Source: a virus
Taxonomy: Duplodnaviria > Caudoviricetes
Virus record (IMG/VR): IMGVR_UViG_3300035562_000112
Span: 1-36,558 of that record
Length of the DNA: 36,558 nt
Strand: one strand, 5' to 3'
The first letter of the stretch is position 1. Every line of letters begins with the position of its first letter. A program made the position numbers and the translations under genes. Of the stretch, positions 1 through 7,612 are shown in pieces. The notes beneath the pieces were generated by a model. That model made no database searches. It worked only from the letters and a program-made list of their open reading frames with translations, and was not told the origin of the DNA.

Positions 1-984
1 TCAATACTTATTTAAAACCAATGGATTAAAACGTACTGCATCTTCCAAATAATCTGGCGCAAAATGCGCATAAACCATTGTTTGTAGGATGCTTGAGTGT
101 CCTAAAATCCGTTGTAACGCCAGAATATTTCCCCCATTCATCATAAAGTGACTGGCAAAGGTATGGCGCAGTACGTGAACGGCCTGCCCTGCTGGTAAGC
201 CGGGGGCAACCTCTTTGATGCAGCTTCTCACATAGGGGTAATTGAGTTCGGCGAATATTGGCCCAGCCTTAATCCCAGAAGTAATTTCTTTGCAGAGTTC
301 GGTTGAGACCGGGACAGTTCTATTTTTGCTGTTCTTGGTGTTGAGGTAAGTCACTTTGTTACCGATCACCTCTTCCCTCCGAAGTTTGACCACCTCACCC
401 CAGCGTGCCCCTGTTGCCAGGCACAACTTAACCGCCTTCAGATGATCACCTTCCAGCCGATCGAGCAACTGCCAGATTTCGTCATGAGTTAAGAAACCCA
501 TTTCCTGATCCGGCAGCTTAATTTTTTTCATCTCTTTGAGCGGGTGCTCGCCATAGTAATGGCCCAGATCGATAAGCACGGAGAATACCCCGCCCAATTT
601 TTCCTGGTCGAGATTGACGGTTTTTGCCTTTTTACCTTCGGCCAGCCGCAACACACGGTAGTCAGAAAATGAGGCGCGGGAGATCTGGCTAGCCTTGGGG
701 TTGCCCATTTTGGCCGCCATCACCTGCAATTTATGCTCTATCTTCACGCCATCTTTCAGGTTCTGTCCATGATGCTTAAACCAAAGGTCTATCAGTTCCG
801 TGAGGGGTCGCTGATCGGCTGGTTTATCAACCCAATCTTTGTTGTTCTGCGTCGCGATAATCCAACGCTCAAACTGCTGCGCCTCCGACTTGGTCTTGAA
901 CTTTTTGCGGACGCGCTTCCCTGTACGTCCTTGAGGGCGCACATCTACCATATAACCCTCAACACCAAGGGACTTAATACTCAT
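1..984 (-). CDS. int: Phage integrase (tyrosine recombinase, P2-type)
   Basis: Catalytic motifs TGARWGE (R), HVLRHTFASHF (HxxR), LGH and VYAH (Y); N-terminal arm-binding segment DVRPQGRTGKRVRKKF. Confidence 0.96.
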   Translation of the reverse strand: MSIKSLGVEGYMVDVRPQGRTGKRVRKKFKTKSEAQQFERWIIATQNNKDWVDKPADQRPLTELIDLWFKHHGQNLKDGVKIEHKLQVMAAKMGNPKASQISRASFSDYRVLRLAEGKKAKTVNLDQEKLGGVFSVLIDLGHYYGEHPLKEMKKIKLPDQEMGFLTHDEIWQLLDRLEGDHLKAVKLCLATGARWGEVVKLRREEVIGNKVTYLNTKNSKNRTVPVSTELCKEITSGIKAGPIFAELNYPYVRSCIKEVAPGLPAGQAVHVLRHTFASHFMMNGGNILALQRILGHSSILQTMVYAHFAPDYLEDAVRFNPLVLNKY

Positions 985-995
985 TCGTTACGCCC

Positions 996-1613
996 TTACC
1001 ACTTGCAGGCTTCACGTAACGGCTTAATAGCTGTCGATAGACCAGATAAATCAAAAGTAGTTTGTACAGGGCTTTCCCCATAAGGCGTTATTTGTACAAA
1101 CATTTTTTTGCTTTTCATCAGCTCTTTAATGAACGAAATTGACTGCCCACTATAGAAAGTAGCCTTATTATCAGTTGAGATCTGCCAGGAACGATTGACT
1201 GCTTTTTGGGCATCAATACGAGTAAGGACACGTGTGCTATCAATCCCAAGGAAAGTTTCCCAATCGATAAAAAGCTCAGTTTTTTTCTCTCTGCATGTGA
1301 TATACAAAGAAGGAGTTATTGACTCACGAAATTGCCCACGAATCTGACTTTCGGCTGATAAATAAACGAACTCATTGCTTGAATCATCGATTGGAGATTT
1401 TTCGCTCCTTGTTATCCATTTCCCCGCAGACTGAGGTTCTATATTTTCAATTTTATCCTCAACCTTGTTTTTTCCTAGTTTATCAAAACACCCGAGGCGT
1501 TCAGTGTCGCCAGTAATTTTCTGACACTGTGCCAGTTGCTCAGATATGCTCGTTTCTGCATGTGAAAAGCCAACAAAGGAACTAAATAAAACCAGAGATA
1601 TGATTTTTTTCAT
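996..1613 (-). CDS. Secreted protein resembling the T6SS-associated VasI/TagO family
   Basis: Signal peptide MKKIISLVLFSSFVGFSHA (ATG 1613 preferred over 1625); N-terminal CxxIxxxxERLGCFD and C-terminal FDLSGL...LREACKW patterns recalled for this family; AT-rich. Confidence 0.65.
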   Translation of the reverse strand: MKKIISLVLFSSFVGFSHAETSISEQLAQCQKITGDTERLGCFDKLGKNKVEDKIENIEPQSAGKWITRSEKSPIDDSSNEFVYLSAESQIRGQFRESITPSLYITCREKKTELFIDWETFLGIDSTRVLTRIDAQKAVNRSWQISTDNKATFYSGQSISFIKELMKSKKMFVQITPYGESPVQTTFDLSGLSTAIKPLREACKW

Positions 1614-1742
1614 TTTAATTATCACCCAACTTAATTATTCAATTAATAATTGCTGTGTAAGTTAATTATTACGTATCTAGCCAGGAGGCTTTTTCCACAC
1701 AAATACCTCCTTTCCCCCAAGAATACATAATTTTCCAGGCAA

Positions 1743-2042
1743 TTAGCCAGCCTTCTGGCCTTTTCGGTTGTTGGATGTACTTTCGTGCCCATCAGGGGAG
1801 AGAGCAGGTGAAATCTGTCCGATTTCCGGCGCGACATCCCCTGTCATTAGCCACATCGTATATTTCTTAAACCGCGGATTGCTTGTAATCTTCATGAGAG
1901 TCACGCCGCCTGGCTCAATCAACCCCGTTTCGTACTTCTTCACAGTACTAATTGATATGCCTGTTATGTCGCAAAATTCGCTCTGGCTTACCCCTTCACT
2001 CTTCCGGATCGCCTTCACTTTCTCGCTTAGAATGCTTGACAT
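1743..2042 (-). CDS. C: Immunity repressor C (XRE-type HTH, P2 C-like, no peptidase domain)
   Basis: 99 aa; SEKVKAIRKSEG...FKKYTMWLMTGDVAPEIGQISPAL closely parallels P2 C; divergent from the cox-like gene. Confidence 0.92.
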   Translation of the reverse strand: MSSILSEKVKAIRKSEGVSQSEFCDITGISISTVKKYETGLIEPGGVTLMKITSNPRFKKYTMWLMTGDVAPEIGQISPALSPDGHESTSNNRKGQKAG

Positions 2043-2065
2043 GGTTCATTCCTATGAACTATCGT
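2036..2065 (+). promoter_or_regulatory. Early lytic promoter Pe
   Basis: TTGACA 2036-2041 (overlapping the C start codon), 18-bp spacer, TATCGT 2060-2065; position matches P2 Pe. Confidence 0.7.
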
Positions 2066-2089
2066 TATCTTGGTTCATAGATATGAACC
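2044..2089. promoter_or_regulatory. Two palindromic operators GTTCAT-N4-ATGAAC (probable C binding sites)
   Basis: GTTCATtcctATGAAC 2044-2059 inside the Pe spacer and GGTTCATAgaTATGAACC 2072-2089 downstream of the -10. Confidence 0.7.
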
Positions 2090-2129
2090 TTCGATAACTT
2101 AAATCTGCGTGATCTTAAAGGGTATCACT

Positions 2130-2396
2130 ATGAGCAAAAACCGACAAAAAAAGGTGATTGGGGTAAGGGAAAACCAGCTGCCGGCTGATTATCCATTTGG
2201 TGATCTGTTGGAGGAGTCGCTCTCTGACTACGCCCTGCGCATCGGCAAAAACAAGCAAACCATCCGTACTCAGGCGGACACTGGTGCCCTGCCAATCTTG
2301 CAAGCAAGACCAGGTGCAAAGCGCCGCGTAAACCTGTACGCCATCTATCTGAATGCCAAGCGTCACGCGGAAAAGTTTGTTGCACAAATGAGTTGA
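2130..2396 (+). CDS. cox: Cox/Apl-like excisionase and lytic regulator
   Basis: First gene after Pe; winged-helix-like SLSDYALRIGKNKQTIRTQADTGALPI resembles P2 Cox. Confidence 0.75.
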   Translation: MSKNRQKKVIGVRENQLPADYPFGDLLEESLSDYALRIGKNKQTIRTQADTGALPILQARPGAKRRVNLYAIYLNAKRHAEKFVAQMS

Positions 2397-2404
2397 GGTG
2401 GGAA

Positions 2405-2617
2405 ATGCGATCAGGCGAACACACTATCACCAAAATTAGCCGTAATTCATCACTCTATCGCAGCTTTGTTATTGTTTACCGCCCGTGCACCATCGCTAAC
2501 CCGATCGCAAGATATGAAGTCAGCCAAGGCGATCAGTCTTACGGTTTGTTCGATGCACAGGCACTGGCAACGGATTACATCGACCAACTTTACGCACAAC
2601 AACAGGTGGCAGCATGA
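2405..2617 (+). CDS. Small early protein (DUF4761-like)
   Basis: RBS GAGGTG at 2395-2400; YRSFVI...ARYEV...GLFDAQALATDYID pattern recalled from P2-like early genes; stop overlaps next start. Confidence 0.55.
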   Translation: MRSGEHTITKISRNSSLYRSFVIVYRPCTIANPIARYEVSQGDQSYGLFDAQALATDYIDQLYAQQQVAA

Positions 2618-2886
2618 AACAGGCATACACCATTTTGGTTGACGATCTGCTGATGCAGTACCACGCCAAGGCTGCCAACATCAGCGCCGCCAGCGCTATA
2701 GCTCCAGCAGTGCGGGCTGTTTCACTGAATGATCACGCATTCCGTTTGAGCATTGGCCTTACTGGCTTATTTAGTGCCGCAGAAGCCGCGGGCGATGACG
2801 TCGCCGCTGCGGCGATCGATAGTTTGATGTCACGCTGCAACAATGGCGATATCCCATCCCCACGCGAAACACTGTGTTTCGCCTGA
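2614..2886 (+). CDS. Hypothetical early phage protein
   Basis: ATGA overlap with upstream gene; in early operon. Confidence 0.6.
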   Translation: MKQAYTILVDDLLMQYHAKAANISAASAIAPAVRAVSLNDHAFRLSIGLTGLFSAAEAAGDDVAAAAIDSLMSRCNNGDIPSPRETLCFA

Positions 2887-2888
2887 TT

Positions 2889-2972
2889 GCCGGGTTGCCC
2901 GGCTCTATCTGAGAGCGCATCCCTTCCATTAACGTGTGGGCGATAGGCGTCGTGGGGTGTGCTCTCAGATAG
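2889..2972 (+). other. Intergenic RNA hairpins in the early transcript
   Basis: GCCGGG/CCCGGC 2889-2903, then a 19-bp stem 2905-2923 pairing with 2954-2972 (two G-U pairs). Confidence 0.6.
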
Positions 2973-3160
2973 GTAATAAGCATCCGATCGCGCCCTTATA
3001 AAAGAATGGGCTGCATATATCGGGTAATTACCTTCAGCATGAGCCGGCATGGGTAAAAACCGGCATATATTAGTTGCTTACTGAAATATATAAACCACTC
3101 GAAATAACAAATGCTGCCTTCTGGTGGCGGGTTTCCCACATCCTGAATTCAGGGGGTTTT

Positions 3161-3361
3161 ATGAACGATGTTGCGTTAATGGAATTACTAACAGAAGCCC
3201 GCCGTGCCTCGCGGCTACAACTGCTGGAGTTGTTAAGCACTCGAATTGAACGTTTGGAAGCCGACAATGCTTCTCGCGATCAAATTCTTTCCATGCTGAA
3301 AAGCTGGATAAGCGCCCGTCAAAATGTTGGGGCCAGTAAATCTCAGGGGGTCGCACTGTGA
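3161..3361 (+). CDS. Small helical early protein (DUF2732-like)
   Basis: GGGGG RBS before ATG 3161; LMELLTEARR motif resembles P2-like DUF2732 proteins. Confidence 0.5.
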   Translation: MNDVALMELLTEARRASRLQLLELLSTRIERLEADNASRDQILSMLKSWISARQNVGASKSQGVAL

Positions 3362-3579
3362 TAACGCTTGCTGGCACTCCTGCCAAACCTGATGTCTACC
3401 GCAAAGCCATTTCTTTATTAGCTCAGTTTCGCCGAGGTAATCGAGTGTTTCGCCGTATTAAGCCACACGGCTACCTGAAAATAGATATCGGTTATCGCTG
3501 GCGCTTGCTGAGTAAAAACGGCGGCAAGGATTGGCGGTTAATGACTCACGAAACTTACAACGTGGAGTACCGAAAATGA
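3358..3579 (+). CDS. Small basic protein, ParE/RelE-like toxin fold candidate
   Basis: GTGA overlap; YLKIDIGYRWRLL...WRLMTHETYN resembles the RelE/ParE beta-strand motif. Confidence 0.5.
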   Translation: MITLAGTPAKPDVYRKAISLLAQFRRGNRVFRRIKPHGYLKIDIGYRWRLLSKNGGKDWRLMTHETYNVEYRK

Positions 3580-3725
3580 CGGGTTTAGGCCTGGCCATCA
3601 CCATAGCCAGCATCTGGGCTGTTTTCGCCTTTGGTCTGGTTGGCTTATTTATCTACCGCTATTGCAAGTTCTGCCGGGTATTTAACCGTCAGTGTATGCA
3701 ACCAGAAGAACGCAACTACGACTAA
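3576..3725 (+). CDS. Small single-TM membrane protein
   Basis: ATGA overlap; hydrophobic GLGLAITIASIWAVFAFGLVGLFIY followed by a basic stretch. Confidence 0.55.
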   Translation: MTGLGLAITIASIWAVFAFGLVGLFIYRYCKFCRVFNRQCMQPEERNYD

Positions 3726-3734
3726 GGATGCCTG

Positions 3735-4028
3735 ATGGCTGATCAAATCGACATGGCACAAGAACGGCATCAGCTAATTCTTGACGCTCAAATCAAAAAC
3801 GCCCGCTCGCAGCCTTGCGGGCCTTCTGCACTTCACTGCGAAGAATGTGGCTCATCTATTCCCGAACCTCGCAGACGCCTAATTCATGGCGTCACTACCT
3901 GCGTGCACTGCCAAGCAATACGTGAAGCCAAATCCCAGCATATGAAGTTCCAGGGGAGGCCCTCACCACGAAATGAGGATGCTAACGCTGGCTGGATGCA
4001 AAAAATCAAACCGAGTAGTACCGAGTGA
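3735..4028 (+). CDS. TraR/DksA C4 zinc-finger protein (P2 orf82-like)
   Basis: MADQIDMAQ start, CEECG...IPEPRR...CVHCQ; RBS AAGGA. Confidence 0.9.
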   Translation: MADQIDMAQERHQLILDAQIKNARSQPCGPSALHCEECGSSIPEPRRRLIHGVTTCVHCQAIREAKSQHMKFQGRPSPRNEDANAGWMQKIKPSSTE

Positions 4029-4035
4029 CGCCCGT

Positions 4036-4266
4036 ATGAAAACACACTCCTGTGCCGCGCCAACTGGCGTTTTTACATTCAACTGTAATTCTCGCGATTT
4101 TGTTGTTCAACAAAAAGACGTCGCTTACTTCCACCCTTCAACAACTAATGAGGGTCAGTATTTCGTGATGATGCAAAACGGTAAGCAGTACCGAGCTGAA
4201 AATCTCGTGGAGATTACAAGGATGATCGGCCCGGATGAAATAATCAGCGTGAGGAAGAAACTTTGA
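4036..4266 (+). CDS. Hypothetical early protein (start uncertain, 3973 or 4036)
   Basis: ORF continuing the early operon; no recognised motif. Confidence 0.45.
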   Translation: MKTHSCAAPTGVFTFNCNSRDFVVQQKDVAYFHPSTTNEGQYFVMMQNGKQYRAENLVEITRMIGPDEIISVRKKL

Positions 4267-4540
4267 TCAAATTAAGAGTTTGCGAAGTCTCAAATGCACT
4301 ATCAAACACCTGCTTAACAGATCGCAGGATCGCAGCCCGCTCATCACTTTCAGGTCTAGTAAAATCAGAGATTCCGGTTCGTACAATGTCTGTTATTGCC
4401 TCTATGGATGACGGGGATTTTGATGTTAACTCTTTCAATAAGGCTGTAATCATTACGCCTTGTGCTGCAACAGTTAGCTCCAAAGATTTCAATCTTGCAT
4501 CAACCCCTTCACCGTCCAACTTTTCAACGTCATTAAGCAT
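4244..4540 (-). CDS. Antisense moron, small helical hypothetical protein
   Basis: AAGGA 9 nt before ATG 4540; AT-rich; amphipathic helical sequence; own putative promoter. Confidence 0.55.
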   Translation of the reverse strand: MLNDVEKLDGEGVDARLKSLELTVAAQGVMITALLKELTSKSPSSIEAITDIVRTGISDFTRPESDERAAILRSVKQVFDSAFETSQTLNLIKVSSSR

Positions 4541-4577
4541 TCTGTTCATTCCTTTTACATGCATACGTAACGGGATG

Positions 4578-4606
4578 ATTATGAATAATTTCGTCACATT
4601 GATAAA
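4578..4606 (-). promoter_or_regulatory. Putative sigma70 promoter for the antisense moron
   Basis: On minus strand TTTATC (4606-4601), 17-bp spacer, CATAAT (4583-4578). Confidence 0.4.
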
Positions 4607-4623
4607 GCACCAGGCCACCATGC

Positions 4624-7149
4624 ATGGCTAGAAATTCCGGTTGCCGTCACGCTCCCACCCCACCGCTGCCATACCCTGGTAGCGGCGCGCCTGCTTTTGA
4701 ATGGGCATTCTCATGGAATGCACCGCTCCCGGTTATCGATCCATCGCTGAACCGACCGCCCGAAATCGATAAACAGACCGAAGAGCAGATCGCCGCCACC
4801 CTCAACGCTTATCTCCTGCTTGAACAGCAACCACAGCTGATCCAACGCGATGTGCGTTACCACATCAACAAGTTGGAAGAATCCCAGGGTATCCGCCGGG
4901 GCAATGCGTACTTGACGAAAAACTTTGTTGAGCGCGTATTGCCACGGCTTGATCTCGTTAGTGATAAATACCGCGCTTCCGATAACAACAGCGATGCCGC
5001 CCTGTGCCACCGCTTTAACCATCTGCCGGACGCCGGGCGAGCTGATATTGAACTGTTGGCGAAAGATATTACCGCTGTCATCAGGCAAGAACTGAGCATA
5101 GTCGATGAAGAGACTGGCCAGTCTTCTGAATTATTGAGCGTGATGGCGTTGTATAAAGGAGCCGCCGCGCTCACCCGCAGGTTTAAGCAGAAGCCGCCAC
5201 TGTGGAAAACCTACCAGGTGGCCAGCTGGAAAATGACAGTGGATAACACCACACCGGCAGTCATGCGCATGATGTCAGAGGATTGGTGGCTGCGACGTTT
5301 GCGACGCCATGCAGACCGCTGGAAAGAGCACCTGCATATTGCCATTGGCCACGTCAGCAAAAAAGCGACGCCCTATGCCAGCCGGCCAACTGTCAGCGAT
5401 TGGCGGGAGCAAAAACGCCGCACCCGTGAATTTTTAAAATCGATGGAACTGGAAGACGACGAAGGCAACCGCATATCGCTGATCGACAAGTACGATCACA
5501 GTGTTGCAAATCCAGCCATTCGCCGATGCGAGCTAATGAACCGCATTCGTGGTTTTGAGGATATCTGCAACGAAATGGGATTCGTGGGGGAGTTTTACAC
5601 CCTGACAGCCCCTTCCCGCTTCCATGCCACCAACAGACATGGCCACCGCAATCGCAAGTGGTGTGGAGCTAGCCCGGACGAAACGCAACGCTATCTGCGT
5701 AATGTGTGGGAACGCGCACGCGCCAAGCTACATCGTAAAGGGTTCCGTATCTTCGGGATCCGTGTGGCGGAGCCGCACGGTGACGGCACGCCTCACTGGC
5801 ATATGCTGCTATTCATGCGGCCCGAGGTAGTTGGCCAGGTGCGCGACATCCTGCGCGCTTATGCCTGCGCGGAAGACACTGACGAGCTTTACAGCGAACG
5901 CTCAAGAAAAGCCCGTTTCCACGCCGAAGCCATAGATCCGGAAAAAGGCAGCGCCACCGGTTACATCGCCAAATACATATCAAAGAATATCGACGGTTAC
6001 GCGCTTGATGGCGAACTGGACGACGACAGCGGTAAAGAGCTGAAAGAAATTGCTCCGGCAGTATCAGCCTGGGCAGCCCGTTGGCGTATACGACAGTTTC
6101 AGTTTATCGGCGGTGCACCAGTGACGGTTTACCGCGAATTGCGCCGCATGGCTGACCATGAAACCGCACTTGGCCTGAGTGTCGAGTTTGCCGCCGTACA
6201 TGATGCCGCCGATTATGGCCACTGGGCTGAATACGTCAACGCCCAGGGCGGCCCCTTTGTCCGGCGTGACGATCTGATCGTGCGCTCTTACTACGAGCCG
6301 GCAGAAGCCACTAACGACTATGGCGAAGACGTGATCCGGATACGGGGTGTGTTTTCACCACCGGTCGGGATGGATACCCCAATTATCACCCGCACGAAGG
6401 AATGGAAGTTCGTTCCGGCCCGTGCCGTTGACCTGGCCGTTGACCTTAAGGGCGCGTCTGCGCCCTCTCGGAGTTCTGTCAATAACTGTACGGTGCAGCC
6501 GGAAAGGCTAAAAACCAAACAGGTGCAGGAGCCATCGTCACCGCCTGAAAACCTCGATTTTGAGCGAATAACCGACAAAGAACGGCGGTTGTTGCTCCGG
6601 CGAATACGCAGCGCACCGCCAGAACCCATGAAAAATCCATTTATGGCCGTCGCCGAGGGCTTCGCATTGCCAGACGAAGGGCTAAATCTGCCACCAATAA
6701 GGTCGATACTGCCAGATCCGGCCAGCAATAAGCGGTGGCGGGAACAGGTGCGCCACGAACAAGAACAACGCGCCCTGGCTTATTTCAGTTTGGATGATGG
6801 GCAGGAGGCTGAAAATCACCGGCCATCTACTACGGCCCGCGCTGGCATTCACACAATCAAGCGAGCACTCAACAAGCTGGAACGCCAGATCGGTAGCTTC
6901 GCCGAGTCCATCGGTTTCAGTCTGGATGCCTGCATTCTGAAATCGGTGGCCAAGGGCGCAACGGTCACTATCGACGGTCAGCGCTACAGAGCGCGGGCCG
7001 ACGGTTGTCTGTATCAGCAATCAACGCCGGCAACCACCACCGCGCTAACGCGACTCACTGCGCTATGGCATCGGCAGATACCAGAGCAAACACGCCTTGT
7101 TGGCGACCACCTGAGAAAAGAAGCCATAAAGCAGCAATCGGAGGAATAG
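4624..7149 (+). CDS. A: Replication initiation endonuclease gpA (rolling circle, HUH)
   Basis: FYTLTAPSRFH, EPHGDGTPHWH (HUH) and GYIAKYISKNIDG (two Tyr) motifs; RQFQFIGGAPVTVYRELRR. Confidence 0.96.
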   Translation: MARNSGCRHAPTPPLPYPGSGAPAFEWAFSWNAPLPVIDPSLNRPPEIDKQTEEQIAATLNAYLLLEQQPQLIQRDVRYHINKLEESQGIRRGNAYLTKNFVERVLPRLDLVSDKYRASDNNSDAALCHRFNHLPDAGRADIELLAKDITAVIRQELSIVDEETGQSSELLSVMALYKGAAALTRRFKQKPPLWKTYQVASWKMTVDNTTPAVMRMMSEDWWLRRLRRHADRWKEHLHIAIGHVSKKATPYASRPTVSDWREQKRRTREFLKSMELEDDEGNRISLIDKYDHSVANPAIRRCELMNRIRGFEDICNEMGFVGEFYTLTAPSRFHATNRHGHRNRKWCGASPDETQRYLRNVWERARAKLHRKGFRIFGIRVAEPHGDGTPHWHMLLFMRPEVVGQVRDILRAYACAEDTDELYSERSRKARFHAEAIDPEKGSATGYIAKYISKNIDGYALDGELDDDSGKELKEIAPAVSAWAARWRIRQFQFIGGAPVTVYRELRRMADHETALGLSVEFAAVHDAADYGHWAEYVNAQGGPFVRRDDLIVRSYYEPAEATNDYGEDVIRIRGVFSPPVGMDTPIITRTKEWKFVPARAVDLAVDLKGASAPSRSSVNNCTVQPERLKTKQVQEPSSPPENLDFERITDKERRLLLRRIRSAPPEPMKNPFMAVAEGFALPDEGLNLPPIRSILPDPASNKRWREQVRHEQEQRALAYFSLDDGQEAENHRPSTTARAGIHTIKRALNKLERQIGSFAESIGFSLDACILKSVAKGATVTIDGQRYRARADGCLYQQSTPATTTALTRLTALWHRQIPEQTRLVGDHLRKEAIKQQSEE
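6424..6492 (+). other. Replication origin inside gene A (probable nick between 6470 and 6471)
   Basis: CTCG/GAGTTCTGTCAATAACTGT matches the recalled P2 ori; preceded by hairpin AGGGCGC-gtct-GCGCCCT (6449-6466) and direct repeat GCCGTTGACCT (6424-6434, 6436-6446). Confidence 0.8.
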
Positions 7150-7150
7150 C

Positions 7151-7495
7151 ATGACCACTTCAGCAGAGCGTAAACGCGCCCAGCGCCAGCGCGATAAGGC
7201 GAACGGCATCACCACGATCACCCTGCGCGTAGACAGTCAGGAAATGGCGATGATTCTGGAAGGTTGCCAGCAGCGCAGGATAGCCAGGGAACCTTATGAG
7301 CTGACGGAATACCTTATTGGCCTTATCAGGCAAGACAATAAATTACTGCATAAGCAGCTATCAGAACTGCGGAAAAGCAGTTGTGGGAAGTGTGGGGATA
7401 CTTTGCCTGGCGAGCTGGGTGGATGTTGCATGCAGGGAGATTCACAGTGTTGGCAGACCGCGGGTTATAAAAAGTTGATGCTGTCAACGTTATAA
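7151..7495 (+). CDS. Conserved P2-like hypothetical protein (SAERKxxQR start, Cys-rich C-terminus)
   Basis: GGAGG RBS; directly after A; CGKC...CC...CW motif. Confidence 0.75.
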   Translation: MTTSAERKRAQRQRDKANGITTITLRVDSQEMAMILEGCQQRRIAREPYELTEYLIGLIRQDNKLLHKQLSELRKSSCGKCGDTLPGELGGCCMQGDSQCWQTAGYKKLMLSTL

Positions 7496-7567
7496 ATTCA
7501 TTCTGCTTAAACACATAACCATACCGAAAAATCATCTACACATAAGAATTAAAATATAATACCACCT

Positions 7568-7608
7568 CCTCAATGGCTACTGTGCAAAAAAAACAGAAAC
7601 CATTGAGG
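7568..7608. terminator. Hairpin between convergent genes
   Basis: CCTCAATGG 7568-7576 pairs with CCATTGAGG 7600-7608. Confidence 0.45.
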
Positions 7609-7612
7609 TCTC

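Noticed and set aside
4263-4631. 122-aa plus-strand ORF leading into gene A
   Set aside because: Ser-rich shadow of the minus-strand ORF, which has an SD, a promoter and a more protein-like composition.
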